From NCBI GenBank assembly GCA_001643675.2, contig LSRY02000016.1, forward strand, positions 1-64,000: 64,000 bases of DNA, in the 5' to 3' direction. Of this stretch, positions 35,629 through 49,078 are shown in pieces (positions within the stretch are counted from its first letter, which is position 1; every line of letters starts with the position of its first letter). Below the pieces are notes generated by a model. The model was not told where the DNA came from. It ran no database searches and saw only the letters and a list, made by a program, of their open reading frames with translations. The DNA comes from Monocercomonoides exilis PA203. Lineage: Eukaryota; Protista; Preaxostyla. The position numbers and the translations under genes are program-made.

Positions 35629-38600
35629 GGCATAGGTCTGAATCGTACCATTTTGTTTTAGCCACTAGAAACTTTGAAATTTGTTTATTATTGATTGTTA
35701 TAATTTATATAAACTGATGTCACTCGGAATGAAGCAAAAAAACAATGTTGAAAAACTTAAAAAATTCAAGTGATCAATGTTCCACAATAAAATGTTTTCT
35801 CTATTTCATAGGGAGTTTTTTAACTTCAATGCTCTTTTAATGAGTTGTTGCATGTTGAGAATGCATATTTGATTTTATTTTTATTTAAATTTATGATTTT
35901 TATTTTTTGATCTTCGGAAAAGAAGGCTGTTGCTTTTCGCAAACTTTATAACTGAAAAAATAGTCAATAAATGCAAGATGCAACAACTGTTTTAGTTATT
36001 GGACGAACTCATTTATTTCGTGTGCGCGTAATGGATCAAAAACAACAGAAACGAATGATTCGTGGGAATACAATTCTTTTTCAGATGTTCAATTTTCTTA
36101 AGTGTTCCGCCATCAATAACAGTTTCGGTTTCACAAAGTTCTCTTTATAATTGTGTTATTTATAGTCTTGAAGGAGGAGTTCATTGTTTTAATGTTAGGT
36201 CAGTTAAAATTGTTAACAATTTCTTCAATTCATATCATGCACTTTTTTAATATGGAGGAGGAGGGGTGTATGCTTGCGAAATAATTTCATGTGCCCTTGT
36301 AAGTGGGTGCAGCTTCCAGATGTGCAAGGCTCGCTACGACGGGGGAGGTTTGAGATTTTACAATATCAGTGAACCTGGATCAGGGTGCATCTATGAAGAA
36401 GATGGAGAAGGAGTGAGCTCATGTGCATTTGACTGCAGTTTCACTTCATGCTCATTGACAAACAATGGAGGTGGAGGCATGTTTTGCAAAACTGTTCCTG
36501 CGACACAATTCAAAAAGAGGAGCGTTCAGTTTATTTCATGTTCAGCATTAAGAGAGGGAGGAGGATTTTTTTTCAGGCCAGAAAAATCAGAAAAGTCAGA
36601 TGATGGGTTCTATTGTTATTTCCTGTTCTTCCACGAATGCAAATGCAGAGATGCATCCAATCCATATGGTCACGATGCGTATTATGTCGATTATTACAAT
36701 GTTTTTTTGAGTTCCAAAAATCCGTTATATGATTGTTACACTACAAACACGGATGACAAGAGAGTGTGCTTTGCATACAACTTCTCGAATGCAGGTGACT
36801 GGACATATGATCAAACATCAAAAAAGGATTGGCTGAAAGATAAGACGATTTATGTGTCAGTGAATGGGAATGACTTGAATGAACTGTGCGGAGTGAATGA
36901 ATCATATGCGTGCAGAGCCACTGATGTTGCAGTCATTCGGAGCATGATCCAGGTGAGCCTGTCAGTCACACTGATGGAAGGGGATCATCAAAGGGAAGCA
37001 ACAACAATTGATATTGGATCAAAGAAGATTTCAGTCATTGGGAAGGGAAGGATGGAGAGTTCGATTGAAATGAAATCACTTTCATCATCAGCAGCAGCTG
37101 GAGCGCTATTCGGTGTGACGACAGGCCATCTTGGTTTATTGCGCATGAAGGTTGATTGTTACTCAGAAGCAGAAACTTCGCGGAGTGTGGTTGTGGTATC
37201 AGATGGAGGTGGGTCACTCTCATTGGAGGATGTTGTGATCACCACGAGTGTTTCTTCAGGAAATGTGATTCATTTTCAGTGTTTGTGGTGCCGATGTCAC
37301 GGCTGTTGATGGTCGGCGTGGAGACAAAAAAAGTCAATTGAATTGCATCTCCTTAAAGATTGAGTTGCCAACTTAAAGGGAACCGTAGTCAAAACCTGAT
37401 CCTGGAAGAAGCTGTTTCTGAAACGAAAAGTGCTTTTTTTTAATAAATATTCTTCACTCATTTGTTGAACTTTTAATTTTTATTTTTTAAAAAAAGAAAA
37501 CTTTTAAAACGACAAAATGTTAGAATTAATGTTTTCTTTTAAAATGAATTTTCACAAATTCGAAACAAGATCCAAAACAAAAACAAAACAAAACATTTGT
37601 GTGAAAAATTCATCAAACATGGCGCAAACATCAAGTGAATAAAAGAAAAATCGAACAAAAATGGGCAGGCCCAGAATGGTTTTGAATTAAAAAAAAACCA
37701 ACAATTTGAATGAGAAAAACCCTAGAATACAGAGATTGAAATCTCTCAAAACATCACAAAACAATTCCCTATGAATTTTCAAAGACAGATCCATCCCTTC
37801 ATGCATACCACAATTCAAATGCCTCCCCTTCCCTCATCTTCCTTCTCTTGTTTCAGCAAGCTCCACACCCTCTTCTTTTCTCACCTTTCCAAAAATACAT
37901 CTGCACCTCAATCTCTCTCAACAAACACATCTGCTCCATGGGGCATATGCCCATCCAGCATCCTTTCCTCCGCTTCATCCTCACCCCCCAACAACCTGCC
38001 ACTCATCATCCTCTCTCATTTCTTCTGTCTGCTTTTCTCAACCTTTCTGCTCCAAAACACACAGCATCCATCGCCTCCTTCATCACTGCCTGCAACCTTG
38101 CCAGTGTGGAATCATCACACTGACAAACATTCCTCACCCTATTTCTTTTTCCCTCCTCAACATTTCCACTTTGCGATTCTTTTTCTTCTCTTTCTTCTTC
38201 TTTTCCAAACTTCATAAAAAACATCGTCCCAATTATAAACCTCTTGCATGCTTGGCAAACTTTTTAGAATATTCTGCTCCTTCTTCATCCCTTCCGTTTC
38301 ACTGCTCCTTCTTCCACCACATTTCCGCAGCGCATTCAAGCCCCAATCCATTTATTTTCATTCTATTCATCTTCAATAATGTCCTCTTGAAAAAAGTCTT
38401 CCAACAACGCATTTCTTCTTCTTCTCCGTTGTTTTTACTGTTTTATTTGATTCATCAACCTTTCAAAATTTTCCTCTTGTGCATTCCTCTCATTCATGTT
38501 TTTCAAATCCTTTCCGAAAATACTATCTTTTCAACACACATTCCAATCCTTCTTTCCTTTCCTCCTTTCTGAAACCGCGATTCGCCTTTTCCAACATTTC

Positions 38601-39171
38601 CATTGCATTCATAAACAAAGAATTGCAGGTTTCATTTATAATCGAAACTTTTTTCAGGAGCCAAATGCAAAATAAATGTTTCTATATTGAAACAACAAAA
38701 AAAATAATTGATTTTTTAATAATCTTTAGTATCAATAAAAATTTATATATATACCATTTGACATGCATTCATCAACTTGTGTTTTGCATTTTCACTGTTT
38801 TATAAATGCATTATAACGTAAAAGCGGACATATAAAGTATTTTCTTATTCAGAAAGAATAATGATAGATAAAAGAATATATAGGATTCAACTTTCTAACT
38901 TTAACAATAGAAATAAAACCTTTTCTTCAAATATAGCATTGAAAAATCGTCTGAAACTCCACAAAGTCGTAAAATTGAATAATAAATATCTAGCTTTAAA
39001 AATATAATATATTATGGGACAGCGATCATAAAATTTTTATGAAGTTTTTCAACATAATTATTTTGCTTCATTCAGAGTGATTTCAGTTAACATAAATTAT
39101 AACAATCAATAATAAACAAATTTCAGAGTTTCTAGTGGTTTCAACAAAATGGTACGATTCAGACCTATGCC
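35629..39171. mobile_element. Pack-type TIR element (~140-bp imperfect TIRs) enclosing host gene fragments
   Basis: GGCATAGGTCTGAATCGTACCATTTTGTT... at 35629-35766 matches the reverse complement of 39032-39171 (first 29 nt exact). No transposase recognised and no TSD seen. Confidence 0.7.
36062..37341 (+). pseudogene. Beta-helix/pectin-lyase-like surface-protein family fragment (main ORF 36266-37309)
   Basis: GGGL/GGGM repeats with FxxC spacing; YVSVNGND..CG..ESYAC. Stops and frameshifts at both ends. Confidence 0.6.
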
Positions 39172-39990
39172 GACGATAGTGTTTATAAAACGAGCACAAT
39201 AAATTACTGGTTTGTTTTTTAAATTATGTTTATTTTTCGTAGAGATACAGCAATTTTTTATTTATTTTGATGTGACTTTTTTCAGCCGAAGAGGCGTTTC
39301 ACAAATTTTTGAAATCCATTTTTAAAAACTACGAGCATTATCCTTTTTATATTCAAAATCTTAAGTTTAACAACTTGTTTTTTCTTCATTTTTTCGCATT
39401 TCATTTTTTTTTATCAACATGAGAACATAAATTTGAAAATTTCTTTGTTATTAAAATGAAGTGCTAAAAATAAAAATATGACATGAAAATGCACACTCTT
39501 ATGAAGAAGTTTGAAAAAGGTTCAACATTCAAATTTTTTATTTGCGTTCAACACATCAAATAAGAATAAGTTTGATCTCAGATCATTCAGCGTTGTGACC
39601 ATTCACTTGTTTGATGCAAATAGAAAATTTGAATGTTGAACCTTTTTCAAACTTCTTCATAAGAGTGTGCATTTTCATGTCATATTTTTATTTTTAGCAC
39701 TTCATTTTAATAACAAAGAAATTTTCAAATTTATGTTCTCATGTTGATAAAAAAAAATGAAATGCGAAAAAATGAAGAAAAAACAAGTTGTTAAACTTAA
39801 GATTTTGAATATAAAAAGGATAATGCTCGTAGTTTTTAAAAATGGATTTCAAAAATTTGTGAAACGCCTCTTCGGCTGAAAAAAGTCACATCAAAATAAA
39901 TAAAAAATTGCTGTATCTCTACGAAAAATAAACATAATTTAAAAAACAAACCAGTAATTTATTGTGCTCGTATTATAAACACCATCGTCC
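39172..39990. mobile_element. Long foldback palindrome (~380-bp near-perfect arms, ~55-bp spacer)
   Basis: GACGATAGTGTTTATAAAACGAGCACAATAAATTACTGG... is mirrored by ...CCAGTAATTTATTGTGCTCGTATTATAAACACCATCGTCC. Confidence 0.85.
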
Positions 39991-40934
39991 AATGTTGATG
40001 TACATCAAGCTTAACTGAATGATTGGCATGCAAAAACAAAAAAAGTGCCAATAAAGGAAAAAGTCCCATTAAAAAGTTGACCCTATGGAACACAATATTT
40101 GACTTCAGGCATTTTCATTGAAGAATTATTCACTTTTGATGAGCTTTTAGTGAATCAAAAATTTTATAAAAATGAATTCACTTTTTGACATTTATGGAAT
40201 ACAACAAAACATGATGTCACTATATTAATTTCGTTTGTATGCGGATATGAAATCAAATTTATATTGGAATCTAACAATGTTTAATAATGTTATAAGGAAA
40301 ACAATTTTTTCATCCTTTGTGCATTAAAAGCTTGAAAGTCTATATTTTCCCCCATATCTCATAAAAATTAAAAGCAAAAATTAAAAAACAAGCCTGTTAA
40401 AAATTGAATCAACTTTGCAAAAATTATTTGACTAAATGCTGAAAGCCATTACTCACAAGAAGGCTGTTTGCGAATGAAACAAAAAAAGTACCGATTAATA
40501 AGACCCTAATTTTTGTGTTTGTTAAAAAATTGGAAAATATAAATCATGTTATTTCAGTGAATGTTGTGAAATGGAAATGAATGAATATATATTGCTCTTC
40601 ATCTGCAACACGCAATTTCATGTTAATGAAAATTACACTTACATGAAAGAAAATAAAACTCATTTAATAAAGCTACAAAATTGAAAATACAAAAAACAAA
40701 TGCGAATCGTAGAAATCTTGTAAAGGATGTGAAAATAATAATAATAATAATAATAATAAAACAAAAGTTGAAATATAAAAACGGATGTTTTTGGAAAAAC
40801 GTCCAAATTCCTATTAAAATAAATAAATAAAAAAATAAAAAATTTCTCAAGAAAGAAATAAAATCAACCAACGTTATGCATTTGGTCAAATGCATGACAA
40901 AGATTTTCATAAAAATACACAATGAAATGTTGAT

Positions 40935-42221
40935 TCATTTGAAGTAAGAAAACGGATTTAATTTCGAAAAGACACTCATTAGTGGTTGTTTGGGTTTATC
41001 AATCTTCATCCATTCCGGTGGTTCTGTCTTCACATTTGCAATCCATATCATCGCCATTGTGTTTCCGTCTTTATTGCCTAGTGTGATGTCATGCCTCATC
41101 CATTTTGGTGGTTCTGTTTGAACAAACTGAATCCATATCATTGCCATTGTGTTTCCGTCTTTATTACCAAGTGTGACGCGATGCCTCATCCATTCTGGTG
41201 GTTCTGTCTTCACATATGAAATCCACTTCATCGCCATTGTCCATCCGTTATTGTTGCCAAATGTGATGTCATGCCTCATCCATTCTGGTGGTTCTGTCTT
41301 CACATTATAAATCCATATCATGGCCATTGTATTTCCTATCTCAGTTCGAAGTGTGATTTCATGTCTCATCCATTCTGGCGGTTCTGTCTTCACAACAGAA
41401 ATCCATATCATCGCAATCGTCCATCCGTCCTGATCGCAAAGTGTGATTTCATGTCTCATCCATTCTGGCGGTTCTGTCTTCACAACAGAAATCCACTTCA
41501 TCGCCATTGTCCATCCGTCCTGATCGCAAAGCGCATTTTCATGTCTCATCCACAGTGGCGGCTCAGTTTTCTTATCGATAATCCAGTTCATCGCCTTTGT
41601 TCTTCCTTTTTCATCACCAACTGTATTGTCATAAGTCATCCATTCTGGTGGTTCTGATTCAATAAATGTTTTCCAAAGCATGAGCATCGTCCACCCATTT
41701 TTGTCACAAACGGTTTTATCGTGCCTCATCCACAATGGCGGCTCTGTTTTAACATATCTTATCCAGTGCATTGCCATCGTCCATCCCTCGTTGTCGCAAA
41801 ATTCAGCTTCGTGTCTCATCCACAACGGCAGCTCTGTTTGCACAAAATATATCCACACCATGGCCATCGTCCATCCCATCGCATCACGCAGAGTAGTGTC
41901 ATGCCTCATCCACTCCGGCGGCTCTTTTTTCACGCTCCCAATCCAGAACATGGCCATCGTCCATTTATTCTTATTCCTAATTGTTATTCCATGCCTCATC
42001 CACAGAGGTGGTTCTGTTCTAACTTCTTGAATCCAGAGCATAGCCATTGTAGCTCCTTCTTTATCTCTAAGCGTTATATCGTGCCGCATGTGCGCTGGAG
42101 GTTCTGTTTTCTTTTTCATGATCCAGTTCATCGCCTCCGTCCTTCCATCTTTATCCTTGGCGGTTGGATCGGATTTCGCTTTGCCAGTCACTTCTTTTTC
42201 GTGTTCTCGTTTAAAACTCAT
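40935..42221 (-). CDS. Intronless protein of 13 tandem 30-aa ankyrin-like repeats, 428 aa
   Basis: ATG at 42221. Repeat consensus DxxGWTMAMxWIxxVKTEPPEWMRHxITL, with 90-bp periodicity in the DNA. Confidence 0.88.
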   Translation of the reverse strand: MSFKREHEKEVTGKAKSDPTAKDKDGRTEAMNWIMKKKTEPPAHMRHDITLRDKEGATMAMLWIQEVRTEPPLWMRHGITIRNKNKWTMAMFWIGSVKKEPPEWMRHDTTLRDAMGWTMAMVWIYFVQTELPLWMRHEAEFCDNEGWTMAMHWIRYVKTEPPLWMRHDKTVCDKNGWTMLMLWKTFIESEPPEWMTYDNTVGDEKGRTKAMNWIIDKKTEPPLWMRHENALCDQDGWTMAMKWISVVKTEPPEWMRHEITLCDQDGWTIAMIWISVVKTEPPEWMRHEITLRTEIGNTMAMIWIYNVKTEPPEWMRHDITFGNNNGWTMAMKWISYVKTEPPEWMRHRVTLGNKDGNTMAMIWIQFVQTEPPKWMRHDITLGNKDGNTMAMIWIANVKTEPPEWMKIDKPKQPLMSVFSKLNPFSYFK

Positions 42222-42669
42222 TGCCTCTATGCCCCTGCAGTTCTAACCTGTCGGTTGGATTCAGAAACAGCGTTTGCGTTCGATTCAAAAAAACAGGCAG
42301 ATCAGACTCGCTAATATGGCTTCTTGATCAGATCGATCAGAAATCAACCCACAATCGTTTGATTCATATCTTTTTATTTCGTTTTGCTGTTTTTTGTGAA
42401 CAGCTTTTTGGTTATCGAATATATTTGCTGGCGTCCATTGGCTGAAATGAGGAAATACTTTATTTATGAAAAAATAATTGTTTTGAATGATGGCAAACAA
42501 GATATATTTGAGAACTTAATGCCACTTTCTCATATTTCCCACAAAAATACTGGGAACTATTGTTTCTCTGTTCAATGCAAGCATGCGTAATCATTCAAGA
42601 AAATTGTCTTTCAAAGTTTGTTTTTGGATGTATTTTTTTCAGTTTCTGCATTTGATAATTTGAATTGCA

Positions 42670-45420
42670 CTCATGTTCCTGCAAATAGAATATTTTTTGG
42701 AGAAAACGGAATTACACCTACGGGCATGCAATCGTGATTGTTATTTGGAGGATGCCTTTTCATACGTCCTGGGGCATACTTTTCAATTTTGTTTGCATCA
42801 AAGTGGAAAAAGCGGAACGGAGCAAATAGAATTTGTAAACTCCGATTCTTCTTTTTTTTTCTATCTTGGCAAGCATTTTATTTGTCTGCGGCCTTGCTCT
42901 TTTGTATGATTTGACGCAACTGAATAATCGTGATTCGAGTATAATGGAGCCGAGTGGAACAAGGGAATGAGATATGAACATGATAAACACATCTTTTGGA
43001 AGTGGGCAGACTAAAAACGCAGCATTTTCCGCAGGGCAGATAAATGTTCAGAATGAGTCGTTACAGATGGGGAAAATATGAACCGGGCAAAGTCTATCTC
43101 TGTCACTTCTTAATTTTTGTTGTTTTCAACAAGAGCAATTTCATTGAAGCTTCAAAAATGTGCATTTGATGGAATAGAAAGAACACCCAGCAGAACAGCT
43201 GACATCTTGTTTTCCAATGATGAAGGCAAACATCGATGCGAATTCTTTCTCATTTTCTGGATGCGGAAGCACAACATCAGCCAACTGAGGGTAGGAGACG
43301 CAATGTGTTGGGAATGAAAATGAAATCAGTGTAAAAGGCGGTTATTTTGATGAGTGCTTTTGTTCAATGTTGTACGGACTGTGAAGAGGAATCCTTATTC
43401 AGCTGATGAATGAAAATCCAGATTTCATGATATCTTCAACCATTGGAGCAAACATAGTCAAATGGAGCAGAAGCATCTTTGCCATTTCAACAAATCAGGA
43501 AGTGACTGCGAAATCACGAATAATTACAAATGTTCCTATATTACCGGATTATGCTGACAAAGTGCGATGAAGTGACAACAGAAACACCAGCATCTCCATT
43601 CCTCTCTGTATCTATCTCATTCCCAGTCCAGATGAAATATTTTTGTGAGAAATTGTGAAGCATCTGTTCGTTATCATTGTGGAATAGTCAAGTCCCCATG
43701 TTTGACTTTGAAGCATCTGCTCACTTGATATGCAAGGGCAAAGACAACAGCAGCGAATGGAATGGATTTTTTTTTTGTGAGAAATGAAAGGACAGTTGCA
43801 AAAAGGGGTGGAATGAAAGTGAAGAGAGTTGCAAGAACAGCGAGAGGTCTGTGAGTGCCAAGGAGGATGTGTCGAATGGTCTGATGATCAGACGATGTGA
43901 AGAAACAGAAATAAGGAACCTGATTTATTCTGTTCTGGCTTCTGTGTCGACATGCTTTGGCTTTATTTCATCTTCGCCTTTGGTGACTCTGTCAGAATGC
44001 TCTCTTTCCCTTGCAACGTCCTTCATCGAAGTTGGCATCATTGCTCTTGTCTGCTGAAACCTGGATGGTTGTGATTGGGTTTATTTATTCTCTGGTTCTT
44101 CAATTGTTTTGGGTGGATGTCTATTGGCCTCATTGCCTGGAAGCAGCACAGAAAGCAGAATTGAAGGGGATTTTATTGAATGGATCTTGGGCAGCTAGCA
44201 CAACAGGATCAATTGAAGAGGAGGAAAGGGCCTGGATTGGAATTGATTGTTGCACTGGATTTCCTTTTGCGAAGCCTGCAAGGATGGCATCAACATGCCT
44301 TGACTCAACAGCAGCAGGAAAGATAAGAGGAACAATTCGATGTGGCATATCAAATATTTGTGTGAGAGAAGAGAGAGAGAGAGAGAGAGGTGTCAAAATG
44401 GCTGAGCTGTTGAATGCACACTTGAAAGTGGGAGGTCATTTGGATTTGGGGAATGGAAAGTTTGTTCATGAAAGTGTGAGGGAGGGACGGAGGAAAGGGG
44501 ATTGTGGGAGCAGATGAAAAGCAGTTCGACAGAAGCATCTTCAAAGGACGAATTTGTATATGAGCAGCCTTCACCACAAATGTTATTGTTGTTGTCTTCG
44601 CATCTGTTTTCAATTCCTTTGTGATTCTTTGTGTGAATGGAATTGGCTCAGCTCTGCTTGAAGTGAGCACAGAAGCGATTGGTTGACATTGAACATTCAT
44701 CGCAACAGCCTTTGGAGCAGAAGGAGCAGTCTGAGCTGGGATGACAGCAGGCTCCTCGAACACAAAAAGCCTCACGAACTGTTTGAAGAGGGATTGCGTC
44801 TGCTTTGCCAAATCGGTTGATCTGAATCAGAAGTCGAGCTTGATGCTGTTTTCCTGGCAGTTGGAAAAGAATAGGTTGCATGGCACACCCGATTGCTGTT
44901 GATGATGATGAACAATTAGATGGAGGACTGATGTGTGTGGATGAAGAAATTTAAAAGTTGATTCAAAATCAGTGTGAAAAGTCACAACAAAAGTAGAAAG
45001 AAGCAAAAGAAGAGAGAAGAAGAGAGAAGAAGAGAGAAGAAGAAGAGAAATATGAAGAGAAAGAAAGAGAAAATGAAAATTCTTAATAAGAAATATCATC
45101 TGCTTTTATGGAGTGATTCTGCTTCTTAACTTATCGGATCAATTTCTATGGATATATTTATCTCGTTTTCATCTTCAAAAACTTCTTCTCAATGCAAAAA
45201 GACAAAGAGAGCAAAGAAAAGGGAATTGGTTAATCTTTTTTCTCCTCCTCCTCTTCTTCTTCACCTTCTTCTTCTTCTTCTTCACCTACTACTACTACTA
45301 CTTCTTCTTCTTCTTTATTGCCAGATACTTCCTCCTCCTCTTCTTCTCTTGTCACTACTTCGCCATCATTAACTGCTCCATAAACAACATCGTCTGTGCG
45401 CCACAAAACCAACATATTTC
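42670..45420 (-). pseudogene. Degraded or multi-exon Ser-rich hypothetical gene
   Basis: Coding-like minus-strand fragments (44811-44350, 44396-44130, 42990-42760) in shifting frames. Model not resolved. Confidence 0.3.
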
Positions 45421-46070
45421 CACCAATGGCAGATGTATCTTATTTACATCATCTGTTACAGAAGACACATTATCAATGAGGAATTCAAAGTTCAGCCTGC
45501 AGTGAGAAAACGAAAAAGAATGGAAGAATCAAAAATCATAGAGAGAAAAATTTAAGAGAGTGCAAAATGTTTATAGAAATGGAATTATTGACTAAATTAA
45601 TCCTATTTGGGAAAGAAATAGGAGTAGCAAATCAGTGAGGACAAAACATGAAAGGAGAAAGATCAAGATCATTAAAAAAAAGAAAGTTGCGAAAGAAAAG
45701 GAAAGGGAGAAAATATTGAATGAGGTCTAATAAAATATCCTGTCTGCACAGGCATTTCATCAGAATTCGATAATTTTGTTCATCATAAAACAAATAGTGC
45801 TAAATTTGTTTGTGAATGCTATTGGTGATTTATTCAACTGTTTTATTTTATATTGTATACTTTTTTTCTTCCTGCTTTATAACAAAATGCGAATTATCAA
45901 ACTCTGATGTTTTTTTATTTTAAAATTTGAATGATTAGAAATTTTGAAAAATAACTTTCATTCATATTTTTCATCATTTTGAATGAAATATGTTTGTTAA
46001 TTAAGAAAAAGGATCATTTGAAAATCATCAAACTGATATTGAAAACCCATATTTTATCAAAAATCGTTGG

Positions 46071-49000
46071 ATGAAAAAACAACAAGCCTCGAAGCAAGCT
46101 GCACGCACGACAGAAAAAACGCAGCAGCAGATCAATCAACAAAAAATAATTAAAGCTCAAGAGGAGCCATCAACAGCTAAATTAACTGAGCACCCTGAAG
46201 CGCAGCAGAATCAAAAAATTATTAAACATGTGGCGTTAGTAATTGAGCAAAAAAGCAAACATGAAAATGCAGAGCCAAACGAAAAGCCTTCGGTTGATTT
46301 AGAAAAACAGCATCTTCAACAGCATTTGGAAGCAAAAAGTGAAAGCGACAATTTTCAGGAAATACAAGAAGAAATGAAAAACCATGAACAAAATGAAAAT
46401 TCTTCAAGCGTTGATGAAAATATAGAGGATAAAGAGTTACACCATTTTGAGAAAGACCCGTTAAAAGAGCCATCAACTATTGAAGAATATTTACAAATTT
46501 ATTTCGAAAATCAAGTATTTCATTATATCAAAAACTTCGAGAAATTGAATGTGAAAAGAGACAATTGTTATCAAACACTGCAGAAATTAAACATTTGATG
46601 GGAGAGCTTCAGCATGGTATTCGCAGAGAAAGGGAGGAAGAAAAATATTACAGGCAAAAAGACGAAATGATTTCAGCAAATGAACATATGGAGAGAGCTG
46701 AAGAATACGAAAAACTGTACAATGACGAAAAGAATCGACTATCTCAAGTAGCAGCAGAATTAGATGAAATGAACGAACAAATTAAAAGGGAAAGAACTTT
46801 TTATATGGAAAATGGAAGAGAACTGGCTCTTGGATTACGCGATCGATATGATTTGAGCGAAAATGTGAAAAGGACACGAAAGATTGGGAAGAAGGACGAA
46901 CTTGATGCTGTGCCGGTGACGCTTGTTGAAAGAGTTGTGGAAAGGATGGGCATTTCGAACTGGGACAGTTTATTGGCGATAGTTAACAAATCGATTCATG
47001 AAACAAAGCTGGATGCAACAAAAGGAGAGAAAAAGGAGAAAGAGAAAGAGGAGCATATGGACGAACGAGAGATCGAAGAGGAACTCTCAAAGAACCCGAT
47101 GAGAGTGCTGAGCGACGAAGAAATTGCGCAGCGGCTGGAGAAGAAGAAGAAGCAGATTGCGGAAGAACTGCACCGAAAGCGGAAGCAGGAGGACGAGGAG
47201 AAGCGGAAGGAGTGGGAGAAAAAGAAAAAGCAGCGCGACGAGTTCGACAAGCTGACACGCGCAATGAACGAGAGGCACCTTCTGAGCGACACACGCTCTA
47301 AGTCTGTCTCTCCGGTGCAGACAAACACAAAAAGCGCTGCTTTGCAGGCGAAGCAGCCTGCGCGCCAGCAATCTTCTGGCTCATCGTCTTCCTCTTCCTC
47401 TTCTGCTTCTGCTACAAGAGCTGCTCCTCTTCCCCCGATACAGAAGGCGCCGACTGTGTCATCAGTGTACAAGCTGAACTATTCATTTGCCCCGTCTGCT
47501 GCGTCTGCTGCTGAAAGCGGAACGAAGTCTGTCTCCACATCAACATCGACCGACGACTCGACTCCGACCTCGCCTGCTTCTCTGCCCACGTCGCCACCTC
47601 AGCCTTCTGCTTCTGCCCAGCTCAATAAAATCAGAATGCCAAAGGCACTTTCATCATCATCATCTTCTTCTTCTTCTTCGACACATCGCTCTCTTTCTGC
47701 TTCGCTGGAGACGCGGCGCACGTACCAGCAGCAGCAAGCGCGGCAGCTGGAGCTGTCAGAAGACGAGCGAAGGGAGCTGGAGAAAGTGGAGCAGCGTCTG
47801 CAGAAGATCAAAGAGATGAAGGAGGAGCAGGCGCGTATCAGACGGAAGAGGAAGGAGGAGGAGAAGGCGCGGCGGAAGAAGATTGAGGAGGAGCTGGAGA
47901 AGATGACAGCGCAGCGGGAGGAGGAGGAGAAGGAGAGGCAGGAGAGGATCAGGAAGGAGAAAGAAGAGAGGGCGGAGAGGAGGAGGAAAGAGGCAGAGGA
48001 GAGGAAAGAAAAGATGGCAAGGCTTGCTGAGGAAGAGAGGAAAAGGCGGGAAGAGAAAGGGGAGCAGAAGAACAAGCCATTGTTTGTCCAAATGGAAGAG
48101 CGGTACAAAACGAAGCTTGAGGAAGAGAAGAGGAAGAAGGAAGAAGAGGAAAAGCAGAAGCTGGAAGAGAAGAAGAGGAAAGAAGAGGAGGTGCAGCAAA
48201 AACTGGCGGAGTTTGAGGAGAAAGAGAGAGAAAGGCGAGAGAGGGAGAAGGCGCGGGAGCTGAATGCGAACGACGTGTCGCATTTCTATCGCGGGCGGGC
48301 AGCGGCAATTGTTCTGGCGGAGGAGCGGATGAACAAGACGAAGTACCAGCGAGAGCAGGAGGAGCGGAGAAGGAAGAAGGAGCGGTCGGCGCAGTTTGGG
48401 CATTATGTGAAGGAGAGTGTGCCTGTCGTGGTGGACGAGGAGAAGAGGAAGGAGAGAGAGGAGCGGGTGAGGAAGCTGCTGAAGCCGTCTGACCCGACGC
48501 AGTGGAAGAGAGAGGTGAAGAAGCAGCCGGTCTTCCACGAGTCGCTGATGAGGAAGAAGAGGAAGAAGAGACTGACGATGGAGGAGGAGCTGAACAGAGA
48601 CGAGGAAATGGAGAAGAAGAAGAGGAAGAAGAAGAAGGGAAAAAAGAAGGGGAAGGGAGGAGGCGAAGGAGAGGATGGAGAAGAAGACGGAGAATGGGAA
48701 CACAACAGCAGAGACAGCGAGAATGATGATGAGGATGAGGAGGATGAAAATGACGAAGAAGAAGAGGAAGCAGAAGAAGAACGCTCTTCGAACGAAGAAA
48801 GCGAAGAAAGGAGAAGCAACGATGATAGTGCAGATAATTACAGGGATGATTACAGCGACTTTGATGATGAAGATGCTGATAGAAGCAGACACAGCGAAGA
48901 AGATGATGAAGAAGACAAAGAAGAAGTGGAAGACAACGAAGAAGAGGAGAACAAGAGACATAAGAAAGGAAAGAGCAACAGAAGGAGGAAAGGAGACGAT

Positions 49001-49078
49001 GAAGACGATGAAGACGAGTCTGACAATGCAGACGTGGAAGAGAATAAAGACGATGACGAAGAAGAAAATGACGAGTAA
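46071..49078 (+). CDS. Large coiled-coil, charged protein (~1000 aa) with one apparent frameshift
   Basis: ORFs 46071-46598 and 46565-49078 join (YIKKLREIECEKRQLLSNTAEIK) if one A is added to the A-run at 46530-46534. E/K/R-rich helices and an acidic tail. Confidence 0.75.

Noticed and set aside
37373-37430. TTAA-AGGGAACCGTAGTC, a possible Kolobok-type transposon end next to the truncated beta-helix gene
   Set aside because: No matching inverted end or transposase found in the window.
40990-42150. CRISPR-like array (90-bp periodicity)
   Set aside because: The repeats are in-frame coding units with no repeat-spacer structure and no cas genes.
47756-48961. Long antisense Leu/Phe/Ser-rich ORFs here and around 2141-3358, 12156-12620, 19492-20031 and 61517-62284
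   Set aside because: Shadow frames of purine-rich or microsatellite sequence, not independent genes.
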